64,000 nucleotides of DNA, from contig CBDBCY010000004.1 in NCBI GenBank assembly GCA_965203555.1, positions 480,001 to 544,000 of the forward strand, in the 5' to 3' direction. The first letter of the stretch is position 1; each line of letters begins with the position of its first letter. The notes below the pieces were generated by a model. It was not told the DNA's origin and did no database searches. It saw nothing but the letters and a program-made list of their open reading frames with translations. This DNA comes from Acidimicrobiia bacterium (GTDB lineage: Bacteria > Actinomycetota > Acidimicrobiia > Spongiisociales > ZC4RG35). This document shows positions 20,364-29,854 of the stretch, one piece after another. The position numbers and the translations under genes are program-made.

Positions 20364-22116
20364 GGCCAGGCATTAACGATGTCGGTCGATTGAGGCGCGC
20401 CCCGGTCGCAGTGGCGGTTCCGTCCGCCTCCACCCTCACCCCATACACCTTCTCCGCCTGTTCCGGCGAGACATATCCGTCCAGAACGTCTTCACGGATC
20501 AACGGGATGGGTCGGTCCAGGGGATCCCCCCAACCACCGCCGCCCCCTGAGAGATTACGGAACCGATCACCCGGCTGCATGGTGAACCTCTCCATCCTTG
20601 CCCGATGAGCGCGGTCGGTGTCGGGCCACACGATCATGGCATTGGTCTCCGGCCGGCGCCCACCCCGAAGCGCCCACGGCTTGGTCTTGGTCTTCTTCTT
20701 CATCGACAGCATCTCGCCGGTGGCCAGGAACCTAACCTCGCGGCAGATCCCCAGACCACCCCTCCACCTGCCGGCCCCGCCCGAGTCCTGGCGCAACTCC
20801 AACCGTTCGTGAAAGATGGGCGAGCGGTGCTCCAAGACCTCCATTGATGTGTTGCGGACAGCAGTCATGGCAAGATGCTGCAAGGCATTGGCCCCATCGT
20901 GGTTGGGGGTTGCGCCCCAGCCGATCCCCTCGTTATTGCTCACCGCATACATCTCTGCGGTGTCGGGATGGGTCCCCACCGCCATGAACCCTGGCTCATC
21001 GGAAGCGGAACAGGCTGCAATCTCATCCATCCCCCGGGCCAACGCCTTGTGGATCAACTCGAAAGACGCCATGCCGGTCCAGAGTGTGAAGGTGGCCGCC
21101 GGGTATACGGCGTGGAACAGATTGCCCGGCGGGCAGGACACCGCCAGCGGTCGGTAATGGCCATGGTTGGCGGGGGTGCCGGGAGTTGTCAGAGACTTGA
21201 ACACCGCCTTGGCCATGCTCAGCGTCCTGCCGAACGGCATGTTCACCGGCCCGGGTACCGCTCCGTCGGAGTCACCATAGTCCACGGTGAATCTCTCCCC
21301 ATCGATCGTCACTTTCACCGCCATCCTGATCAGGTCATAGGAGATCCCGTCGTCATCCAGCCAATCGTGCGCCGACCACTCTCCATCGGGCATCGCCCGC
21401 ACCGCCTCCGTCGCGGTTTGGGCCCCATGCTCGATGATGCGATCAACGGCGGCGTCCACGGTGGCCAGCCCGAACTTTTCCCAGATCTGACGAAACCGCC
21501 GCTCCCCCACCCGCAGCGCCGCCACCTGAGCATTGAAGTCCCCAATGATGGTGTCAGGCATCCGGGAGTTGTATCGCAGGATGTCGATTATCTGCTGATC
21601 CACCGTCCCCCGTTTGATCACCTTGATGCCCGGCATGATCAGCCCCTCCTGGTGCATGGAAGTGGAATCCAGCACGTAACCCGGATCCTTGGCGCCCAGA
21701 TCCATCCAGTGAGCCCGCACCGCCAGATAGACGTCGGGGCGGTCACTTCCTTTGGCGAACACCGGAGCGAACAACATGGCGTCGGATACATGGGCGCCAC
21801 TCCAGTAGGGATAGTTGATCATCACCACGTCGCCTGCGTGAAGATTCTCGATCCCCACCTTTTCAACGCCCTTGTGAATGGCATAGTCGTTGGCGCCCAG
21901 GAAAGAGAGCAACCCCGATGACTCGGAGATCAGCCGCCGGTCCCGGTCGTACATGGAGATGCCGAAGTCCAGCACCTCATAGATAACCGGGTTGAAGGCG
22001 GTCCTCACCAGGGTGCGACGCATCTGCTCAGCCGTGGAGTTGAGATAGTGACGGATCACCTCCACGGTGGCGCCGTCCAGTGCAGGACGGGCGTTCACCT
22101 CATCCACGACGACCAT
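20356..22116 (-). CDS. hyuB: Hydantoinase B/oxoprolinase family subunit (tandem copy 2)
   Basis: Same motifs as its neighbours, with GAHVSD in place of GAHAAD. Confidence 0.93.
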   Translation of the reverse strand: MVVVDEVNARPALDGATVEVIRHYLNSTAEQMRRTLVRTAFNPVIYEVLDFGISMYDRDRRLISESSGLLSFLGANDYAIHKGVEKVGIENLHAGDVVMINYPYWSGAHVSDAMLFAPVFAKGSDRPDVYLAVRAHWMDLGAKDPGYVLDSTSMHQEGLIMPGIKVIKRGTVDQQIIDILRYNSRMPDTIIGDFNAQVAALRVGERRFRQIWEKFGLATVDAAVDRIIEHGAQTATEAVRAMPDGEWSAHDWLDDDGISYDLIRMAVKVTIDGERFTVDYGDSDGAVPGPVNMPFGRTLSMAKAVFKSLTTPGTPANHGHYRPLAVSCPPGNLFHAVYPAATFTLWTGMASFELIHKALARGMDEIAACSASDEPGFMAVGTHPDTAEMYAVSNNEGIGWGATPNHDGANALQHLAMTAVRNTSMEVLEHRSPIFHERLELRQDSGGAGRWRGGLGICREVRFLATGEMLSMKKKTKTKPWALRGGRRPETNAMIVWPDTDRAHRARMERFTMQPGDRFRNLSGGGGGWGDPLDRPIPLIREDVLDGYVSPEQAEKVYGVRVEADGTATATGARLNRPTSLMPGHG

Positions 22117-23844
22117 TTACAAGTGTTGGTAACTCTGCCGAGCTCCGGTCGCAGTCGCCGTTCCGTCCGCCTCCACCTTTACCCCATACACTTTCTCGGC
22201 CTGCTCCACGGAGACATATTCGTCCATAACATCCTGCCGCACCAACTCGACGGGACGGTCCAGGGGATCGCCCCAGCCACCGCCGCCCGCCGAGAAGTTG
22301 CGGAAACCCTCTCCGGGCTGCATGGTGAACCTCTCCATCCTCGCTCGATGAGCCCGGTCGGTGTCCGGCCACACGATCATGGTGTTGGTGGTCTCCGGCT
22401 CATGTCCCCCGTGAAGCGCCCACGGCTTGGTCTTGGTCTTCTTCTTCATCGACAACAGTTCCCCCACCGCCAGCCACTTCACCTCCCGGCAGACGCCCAG
22501 GCCGCCCCGCCACCGGCCGGCCCCGCCCGAGTCCCGGCGCAACTCCAACCGCTCATGAAAGATCGGAGACTTGTGCTCCAGGACCTCCATGGAGGTGTTG
22601 CGGACCGCAGTGGTGGAGAGATGCTGCAGGGCGTTGGAGCCGTCGTGATCGGGGGTGGCGCCCCACCCGATCCCCTCGTTGTTGCTGACCGAGTACATCT
22701 CCCCGGTGTCGGGATGGGTGCCCACCGCCATGAACCCGGGTTCGTCGGAACCCGAGGAGGCCGCGATGTGGTCCATCCCCTGAGCCAGCGCCTTGTTGAT
22801 CAACTCGAAGGACACCATCGCCGACCAGAGCGTGTAGGTGGCGGCCGGATAGACCGCATGGAAAAGATTCCCGGGCGGACAGATCACCTCGAGGGGTTGG
22901 TAGTGGCCGTGGTTGGCGGGAGTCTCCGGCGTGGTAAGCGATTTGAAAACGTTCTTAGCCTGGCTCAAGGTGCTCCCGAACGGAATGTTCACCGGACCGG
23001 GCACGCCCGGGTCGGAATCGCCGTAATCGACGGTGAATCTGTCGCCTTCGATGGTGACCGTAACCGCCATCCTGATCAGGTCATGGGAAACCCCGTCGTC
23101 GTCCAGCCAGTCATGCGCCGACCACTGTCCGTCCGGCATTGCCCGCACCGCCTCCCGGGCGGTTTCGGCGCCATGCTCGATGATCATGTCGATGGCCGCG
23201 TCGACCTCTGCAAGCCCGAACTTCTCCCAGATCTGACGAAGGCGCCGCTCCCCCACCCGCATGGCCGAGATCTGGGCATTGAAATCCCCGATGATTGTCT
23301 CCGGCATCCTGGAGTTGTATCGCAGGATGGCCATGATCTGGGGGTCCACCACCCCCCGCTTGATCAATTTGACGGCCGGAAGGATCAGCCCTTCCTGGTG
23401 GACGGAGGTGGAGTCCAGCACGTAGCCGGGGTCCTTCGCCCCCAGATCCATCCAATGGGCCCGCACCGCCAGGTAGGCGTCAGGCAGATCGCTTCCCTCG
23501 CCGAATATCGGCGTGAACATCATGGCGTCGGCGGCGTGCGCCCCGCTCCAGTAAGGAACGTTGATTATCACCACATCCCCGGGGTGCAGGTTCTCGATCC
23601 CCACCTTCTCGACGCCCTTGTGGATGGCGAAGTCGTTGGCGCCGAGGAAGGAAAGAATCCCTGATGACTCGGAGATCAGCCGACGCTTGCGGTCGTAGAC
23701 AGAGATACCGAAGTCCAGCACCTCGTAGATCACCGGGTTGAAGGCGGTCCTCACCAGGGTGCGACGCATCTGCTCGGCCGTGGAATTCAGGTAGTGACGG
23801 ATCACCTCCACGGTGGCGCCGTCCAGTTTCGGCCGGATGCTCAC
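22117..23844 (-). CDS. hyuB: Hydantoinase B/oxoprolinase family subunit (tandem copy 1)
   Basis: Same motifs. GTGA overlap with the hyuA stop. Confidence 0.93.
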   Translation of the reverse strand: MSIRPKLDGATVEVIRHYLNSTAEQMRRTLVRTAFNPVIYEVLDFGISVYDRKRRLISESSGILSFLGANDFAIHKGVEKVGIENLHPGDVVIINVPYWSGAHAADAMMFTPIFGEGSDLPDAYLAVRAHWMDLGAKDPGYVLDSTSVHQEGLILPAVKLIKRGVVDPQIMAILRYNSRMPETIIGDFNAQISAMRVGERRLRQIWEKFGLAEVDAAIDMIIEHGAETAREAVRAMPDGQWSAHDWLDDDGVSHDLIRMAVTVTIEGDRFTVDYGDSDPGVPGPVNIPFGSTLSQAKNVFKSLTTPETPANHGHYQPLEVICPPGNLFHAVYPAATYTLWSAMVSFELINKALAQGMDHIAASSGSDEPGFMAVGTHPDTGEMYSVSNNEGIGWGATPDHDGSNALQHLSTTAVRNTSMEVLEHKSPIFHERLELRRDSGGAGRWRGGLGVCREVKWLAVGELLSMKKKTKTKPWALHGGHEPETTNTMIVWPDTDRAHRARMERFTMQPGEGFRNFSAGGGGWGDPLDRPVELVRQDVMDEYVSVEQAEKVYGVKVEADGTATATGARQSYQHL

Positions 23845-25880
23845 CTAACCACCAGGTTCCCCAAATGGTCGGGCACCGCGCTTTGGTCGCTGTGGACGAT
23901 CGTCACGCAGGTGGGCTCCCGAATGATGGCCGGACCCTCAATCTCTACTTCCGGTTGAAGAAGGCGCCGCTCGTAGAGAGGGAACAGGCGGCGCTCCCTG
24001 GTGGCGAAGTCGAAAGCGTAACGCTCCCCGACTCGACTCTCCGACCCGTCAAGCCCTGAATCCGGGTCGGCGTCGAGATGGCCGGAAGGCTTGTCCAAGA
24101 GCCCGATCGCCCTGACCCGGGCCGTCAGAATCTGGATTTCCTCGTTCAGTTCGTGACCGTAGCGCTCCCGGTGCTGGTCGTGGAATTTGGCGGCCACCGA
24201 CTGCTGGTCGTCGGCCTCTTCCAAATCGACCGACAAGGTGTGTTCCTGACCGTTGTAACGCAGATCGAGTCGTCTGAGAAAGACCCGGTTCTCCACCGGC
24301 ACGGACTGGGTCGCCAGCACCTGGTCGGCCTCCCTCTCCAGTCGGGCCAACACGCCCTCCATCTCGGCGAGAGCTGCGTCGTCCAGCATGGTCAGGACCG
24401 TCTGTCCCACGTCGTATTCCAGGTCGGACATCAGCATCCCCCAGGCGGAGAACACCGCCGGGGCGGCCGGCACCACTACCTCGGGCATTTCCATCTCCCT
24501 GGCCAGAAGCGGCGCCAGCATCGGTCCGGCACCGCCGAAGGCCACCAACGAAAACTCCCTGGGATCGAGACCCCGCTCCACCGTGATCTCCCGGATGGCG
24601 CCCACGGTACGAGCCAGCAGTACGTCGAACACCGAGGCGGCGGCCCGTTCGGCGGACATACCGAGGGGTTCGGCCAGTTTCTCGGTAACCCCCCGGACCG
24701 CCGCCTCCCCGTCAAGGCTCATCTCGCCTCCCAGGAACTCGTCCGCCGCCAGGTATCCCAGACACAGGGCCGCATCGGTGACAGTGGGCTCGGTATTCCC
24801 CCGTCCGTAGCAGATCGGCCCGGGAACGGCGCCGGCGCTCCGGGGCCCCACTCGTAGGAGTCCCTTGTCCATCCAGGCGATGGAACCGCCCCCGGCGCCG
24901 ATGGTGCGGATGTCGAACACCGGGATGCGGATGGGAAGGGCTTCGATCTCCGCCTCGTAGACCTCGGTGGGCGTCCCGTCCACGATGACGCAGGCATCGA
25001 GGCTGGTACCTCCCACATCGAAAGAGATGAGAGAGGAGCGCCCGGTGTTTCCTCCCAGACTGATGGTGCCGGCGATGCCTCCGGCCGGACCGGAAAATAC
25101 GGTGAGGAGGGGTGACAGCCGGGCGATCTCGGAAGTCATCGCCCCACCCGCCGAACGCATTATCAAAAAGGAACCGTCGAAACCTCCCTCCCGCAACCGG
25201 TCTTCCAGGTCGGTGAGATACCTTCCCAGGATTGGCCTTATGTAGGCATCGGCCACCGCGGTCGAAGTCCGTTCGTACTCGTGGTATTCCTTCACCAGAT
25301 CGATGGAAACAGAGACCGTAAGGTCGGGAAAGGCCTTGGTCAGGATGCTCTTGGCGGCCTCTTCGTGTTCGGTGTTGGCGTAGGAGTGTAAAAAACAGAC
25401 CGCCACCGACTCCACTCCCCGCTCCGACAGTTGGCGACCCGCCTCTATCACCGCCTGGTGGTCCAGTTCTGTTATTACCTTGCCGCGGTGGTCGATGCGC
25501 CCGGGAACCCCCACCGTGTGACGTCGCTTGACCAACAGTTCCGGGCGCCGGTACTGGAAGTCATACTTGGAACCGCTGGGTAGATCTCCGCGGGCAATCT
25601 CGAAAATGTCCCGGAAGCCTGCATTGGTGATTATGCCGGTCACCGCTCCCTTTCGTTCCAGAATTGCGTTGAGCCCGAGGGTGGTGCCGTGGGTGTAGAC
25701 GGAGGTTTCCTCCAGGGAGGCGTTGGTGGCCCGGGTGGCGGTAATCACGCCGTCCGCCGGCGCCGCGGGAGTGGTGGGCGCCTTACGCACCGTGATCTTG
25801 CCGCTTTGCTCGTCATAGGCGATGGCGTCGACGAAGGTTCCGCCTATGTCCACCGCCAAGCGGTGTTTGCGTTCAGTCAT
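23841..25880 (-). CDS. hyuA: Hydantoinase A/oxoprolinase family ATP-binding subunit
   Basis: AVDIGGTFVD, HGTT, EYERTST, SGPAGG, DVGGTSLD, IGAGGGS, GPRSAGAVPGP, TVTDA, AFGGAG, DLRY.GQ. Confidence 0.95.
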   Translation of the reverse strand: MTERKHRLAVDIGGTFVDAIAYDEQSGKITVRKAPTTPAAPADGVITATRATNASLEETSVYTHGTTLGLNAILERKGAVTGIITNAGFRDIFEIARGDLPSGSKYDFQYRRPELLVKRRHTVGVPGRIDHRGKVITELDHQAVIEAGRQLSERGVESVAVCFLHSYANTEHEEAAKSILTKAFPDLTVSVSIDLVKEYHEYERTSTAVADAYIRPILGRYLTDLEDRLREGGFDGSFLIMRSAGGAMTSEIARLSPLLTVFSGPAGGIAGTISLGGNTGRSSLISFDVGGTSLDACVIVDGTPTEVYEAEIEALPIRIPVFDIRTIGAGGGSIAWMDKGLLRVGPRSAGAVPGPICYGRGNTEPTVTDAALCLGYLAADEFLGGEMSLDGEAAVRGVTEKLAEPLGMSAERAAASVFDVLLARTVGAIREITVERGLDPREFSLVAFGGAGPMLAPLLAREMEMPEVVVPAAPAVFSAWGMLMSDLEYDVGQTVLTMLDDAALAEMEGVLARLEREADQVLATQSVPVENRVFLRRLDLRYNGQEHTLSVDLEEADDQQSVAAKFHDQHRERYGHELNEEIQILTARVRAIGLLDKPSGHLDADPDSGLDGSESRVGERYAFDFATRERRLFPLYERRLLQPEVEIEGPAIIREPTCVTIVHSDQSAVPDHLGNLVVR

Positions 25881-25906
25881 CTTCTTTCTCAGCGGAGACG
25901 TTGTTG

Positions 25907-27088
25907 TCAGGGCGCCGGCCGGTCGTCCCGCACCACCCGACCGGACTGCATCACGAAGGAGATATCTCTCATCGCCGACACATCCGTCAACGGGTTTCCA
26001 TCCACCGCCACCAGATCGGCCATTTTGCCCTGCTCAACAGTACCGATCTCCGACTCCAATCCCAAGAGACGGGCAGCGTTGGAGGTGGCCCCGGCCAGGG
26101 CCAGTCGGGGATGAAGCCCGGCCCCTTCCATAAGTCCCATCTCGTACACCGTCACCGACGTCCCGTCGATGGGATCGCCGGGTGGATAGTCGGTCCCGTT
26201 CACCATGGTGACTCCCGCCGCCACCGCCCGGCGGATACTGGCCAGATGCATGGGCCCCACCTGCAGAGAAGTCTCGATCTGGAACTCTTCGAACCCCTTC
26301 CAGCGCATCCACTCCTGGGAACGGGTCACGCACAACGTGGGAGTGAGGAACACACCCTTTGCCGCCATCCGCCCGGCGGTCTCCTGGTCGAGATCGTAGG
26401 CGTGCTCAAAGCAGCGTACTCCGGCATCCAGCGCCCAGTTGATGGCCTTGGACGAACCGGCGTGTGCCACCACATAGGTGTCCCGTTTGGCCGCCGCGTC
26501 CACCGTCGCCTTCATCTCCGCCTGGCTCATCTCGGGATGGTCGAAGGCTTCATTAAGGTTGGCGATCCCGCCGGTTATGAAGACCTTGATGTGCCGGCAG
26601 CCCGAGTCCAGTTCCGCCAGGGCCGCTTCCCGGAAGGCTTCCGGTCCGTCGGCGATGACGCTGCCGATCCCGTCGCCGTGACCGCCCGGCTTGGAGATGG
26701 CCCGTCCGGCGCCCACGATCCGGGGGACGTCGGCCCAACCCGCCCGGCCGGCTTCGGCCAGCAGCAGATCGGCCTGGTTCAACTCATGGACGCATCGGAT
26801 AGTGGTCACACCCGCCTGGAGGGCGTCCTTCGCCCGCTCGTAGGAGCGCAGCACGGTCAGGCCCGGGTTCTCGTTCTCGTCAGTGGCGGAGAACGGATAG
26901 ACCACCGACAAGTGGGTGTGCACCGAGATCAGACCCGGCGTGAGGTACCGTCCGCCCAGGCTCATTCGCTCCCCGGCGCCCGGGTGTTTGCGGATGGCGC
27001 CGATCCTTCCGCCCGAGATCTCGACGCTCATCCCGTCCTGTATCTTCCCTTTGACGACGTCGACCACTCTTGCGTCGGTCAACCACAT
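25907..27088 (-). CDS. Metal-dependent amidohydrolase (Amidohydro_1 family)
   Basis: PGLISVHTH, GVTTIR, GGHGD, IKVFITGG, VVAHA, FEHA, GTD, G..ADLV.VDGNPL. AAGGAGG ribosome-binding site lies inside the upstream gene's 3' end. Confidence 0.9.
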   Translation of the reverse strand: MWLTDARVVDVVKGKIQDGMSVEISGGRIGAIRKHPGAGERMSLGGRYLTPGLISVHTHLSVVYPFSATDENENPGLTVLRSYERAKDALQAGVTTIRCVHELNQADLLLAEAGRAGWADVPRIVGAGRAISKPGGHGDGIGSVIADGPEAFREAALAELDSGCRHIKVFITGGIANLNEAFDHPEMSQAEMKATVDAAAKRDTYVVAHAGSSKAINWALDAGVRCFEHAYDLDQETAGRMAAKGVFLTPTLCVTRSQEWMRWKGFEEFQIETSLQVGPMHLASIRRAVAAGVTMVNGTDYPPGDPIDGTSVTVYEMGLMEGAGLHPRLALAGATSNAARLLGLESEIGTVEQGKMADLVAVDGNPLTDVSAMRDISFVMQSGRVVRDDRPAP

Positions 27089-27090
27089 CT

Positions 27091-29790
27091 TCAACCTCCT
27101 TGTTCAAGTTTCTCCGCAACGGTGCGTGCCCTGGCAATCCAGGAATTCTCTTCTCCCCGCTGTCGCAGTCGATTTCGTATTTCGGGATTCTTGGAGTCTC
27201 CCAGAGCCAGATCCAATGCTTGGGACATTCCCTCGGCATCATCATAGGAACGGACCTCGGGAAAGGCCACCACTTCGGGCATCCGGCTGCAGACCACCGG
27301 CTTTCCCCCCGCAAAGTACTCGAAGAGTTTGAGAGGCGAGGTTGAAACCGTAATCTCGTTCACCACGAAGGGGATCATGGCCACGTCGAAGGATTGCAGC
27401 CATCTCGGAAGGTCCCCGTAGGGCTGGGCCGTTATCCACTCGACATTGGGCAGGGAGAACAGGGGACGGTTTCTGGCGCTCTGGTCGTAGGCGGGACCGA
27501 TCAGGACAAAGCTCCAGTCCCGCCGGCTTCGGGCCACTTCGGCGAGAAGATCGTAGTCCATCCACCGGGCGATCGCTCCGTAGTAGCCAGCGATGGGCCG
27601 ACCCTTCGCCAGGAATCTTTGGAGAGCGGGATGGGCGGGAGATGACACTTCCCAGTTGGCGAAATGCTCGTATTCCACCCCGTTGGGGAGGTACAGGGTG
27701 TCGGGGCGTTGCTCTCTGGCCCGCCTCAGGAGGCTCCTGGCGCTGGCCGCGGTTATTGACGCCCCGGACAGGCCCAGGCCGTGCAGTCGCTCCAGTTTGC
27801 GCGGTTCGTAACCGTCGAACACATCAAGCTCGTCTATCCAGTCATACAGGGTCCTGGTTCCCTCCGGGTAGGCGGCGGCTCTCTCCCAGTTGTAGGTGAG
27901 CGCCCACACCAGGGGGTCGGGCAGTTGATGGAGGACCTCGGGAAGGCCGTTATACAGGAACAGCCGGGATTCAATCTCTTCCCAGCCGGGCTCGCCCTGG
28001 TTGGAATTGTCGTAGACCACCGTGTAGCCCAGTCGGGCGAAGGCCTGCGCCAGTTGCTGGGGACGCTGGAACAGGTGGATGTACCACTCGATGTTCAGTA
28101 GGAAGACCACCACTCCCCTGCTCTCACCGATTCGCCCGGTCACCTCGGCGGGGATGGACGGTTTCCGCTCCACGGGACGGACAGGGTCGCCAGGGTCTCC
28201 CGGGTCGCCCGGGTCAGAAGCGGCGCTCGTCATCATGGTCCGGCGAAGCTTCTGGCGGACCCGCCAGTACTTGGTCACCAGACGCAAGGCGCGGGTCTGG
28301 CGCAGGTTGTCGAGCTCCAGTTGCAGCAAATCGCCTCTGCGCTCGGCGAACCGGTGCTGATCGTATGCCGCCTCCAGTTTCTGTCGGGCCTCCTCCCTGG
28401 TGTATTGCAACTCCTTCCTGGTGTATTGCAAATCGTTCTGCGTGTTGTGCAACTTGTCCCGGAGGGATCGGAGGGCGTCCTCGCTTCGGAGAACGCGGTC
28501 CCTGAGATCCAGGTTGTCCACTCGGCTCTCATCCAGACTGCTCTGGGTCTCCAGGAGGTTCCGGGTCAAGGCAAGAGTCATCTCCCGCTGGATCACCTGC
28601 TGATCAGTGGAGGGCGCTTCCTCGGATCCCTCCGACATCGCCTTCCTGACCATGGGCAGGACGCGGCGGGCGCCGGCTCGCATCAACTCTGCCTGGACGA
28701 ACATGAAGTGGGAGAGATCGGGATAGTTGCTCCAGACCGCCTCGAGCGCCTCCGCCAAGCGGTCCCGTGAGACCTCGCCATCGGGGATGCAATGGTCCCC
28801 CAGGCCCAGTTCATCAGCCATGCGGGTGACTTTGGGATCGTAGGAGATCGAGACAGAGGGTGTTCTGCACATCGCCGCCAGGATCGTTCCGTGCAGGCGC
28901 ATGTTGAGAGCAAGCTCGCACCGCCCGAAAGCCGTGATCAACTGTCCCGGACGCAGATCCGATGGGGCGAAAAGCACCCTTGACGTGCGCATCCTGCGGC
29001 TGATCCGCTCACAGCACGCGCGGTCGTCGAAGTCGTCGGACTCCAACTCCTGCATGGACACGAACAGCACCGATCCCCCGTGCCTTTCGCAGAAGACATC
29101 CAGTGCCTCCGCCAACCCACGCTCCCGGGTGGCCTGCGCCGAAACCGAACCCCACGACCGGGGGGCTACCGCCACGATGGGTCGAGGGGTCTCCGACAAG
29201 GCCGAATTTAGGGCGGGCGGCAGGTCGGAGGGAGCGACCAGCCAGGCGGGATCTCCCACCACCGCCGAACCCCCGATGCCGAGCGACTCCAGTTCGGCGC
29301 GGTCTCGTTCGGTGCGGACAGTGAAAGCCGAGGCGGCCTCGCCCAGCGCACTAACCCACCTGGGAGACCGGGAGTCCAGGAAAGGCCCCACCCCCACTCC
29401 CCAGACCAGGACCGGCCGCCCCGCCTCGGCTGCGGCCAGGGCCGGCCCGAGATAACCAGGAATGTCCCCCGCCTCTCTGCTGAGAGCATGTTCCGGCCGA
29501 AATCCCCACTGGTCCGACAGAAGGCCCCCGCCCCCCACTATCACCATCTTCGATTGGTAGGCCGCCGACACCACGGCAGGTATGTCAGCCCGGTCCACGG
29601 CCGACACCCCGTACCTGGCCCGGGTCTCCTGAGGGTCCCCCGACACCACCGTCCATCGGCCGCCCGGGTTCGTCTCTGCCAACAGATCCAACATCCCGGC
29701 TAGGATGGCCTCATCCCCGAGGTTTCGGAATCCGTAGTGGCCGATGATCAGCGCATCCGGAGGAGCCGGATTATCCGTCTCCCCTTTCAC
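27091..29790 (-). CDS. CsaB-like polysaccharide pyruvyl transferase fused via a coiled coil to a GT4-like glycosyltransferase
   Basis: N-terminal GHYGFRNLGDEAIL, VGGGGLL.D, GVGVGP, MRLHG, ISYDPKV. Heptad linker. C-terminal FQRPQQLA, YDWIDE, PNGV, YYGAI, SPLKLFEYFA.GKPVV. Start approximate. Confidence 0.88.
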   Translation of the reverse strand: MKGETDNPAPPDALIIGHYGFRNLGDEAILAGMLDLLAETNPGGRWTVVSGDPQETRARYGVSAVDRADIPAVVSAAYQSKMVIVGGGGLLSDQWGFRPEHALSREAGDIPGYLGPALAAAEAGRPVLVWGVGVGPFLDSRSPRWVSALGEAASAFTVRTERDRAELESLGIGGSAVVGDPAWLVAPSDLPPALNSALSETPRPIVAVAPRSWGSVSAQATRERGLAEALDVFCERHGGSVLFVSMQELESDDFDDRACCERISRRMRTSRVLFAPSDLRPGQLITAFGRCELALNMRLHGTILAAMCRTPSVSISYDPKVTRMADELGLGDHCIPDGEVSRDRLAEALEAVWSNYPDLSHFMFVQAELMRAGARRVLPMVRKAMSEGSEEAPSTDQQVIQREMTLALTRNLLETQSSLDESRVDNLDLRDRVLRSEDALRSLRDKLHNTQNDLQYTRKELQYTREEARQKLEAAYDQHRFAERRGDLLQLELDNLRQTRALRLVTKYWRVRQKLRRTMMTSAASDPGDPGDPGDPVRPVERKPSIPAEVTGRIGESRGVVVFLLNIEWYIHLFQRPQQLAQAFARLGYTVVYDNSNQGEPGWEEIESRLFLYNGLPEVLHQLPDPLVWALTYNWERAAAYPEGTRTLYDWIDELDVFDGYEPRKLERLHGLGLSGASITAASARSLLRRAREQRPDTLYLPNGVEYEHFANWEVSSPAHPALQRFLAKGRPIAGYYGAIARWMDYDLLAEVARSRRDWSFVLIGPAYDQSARNRPLFSLPNVEWITAQPYGDLPRWLQSFDVAMIPFVVNEITVSTSPLKLFEYFAGGKPVVCSRMPEVVAFPEVRSYDDAEGMSQALDLALGDSKNPEIRNRLRQRGEENSWIARARTVAEKLEQGG

Positions 29791-29854
29791 GGAAACCGAA
29801 TCGACTCTTGTCACGACAAGAAAGGCTATCACGTAACGAGGGAGGTTGGTTGCC

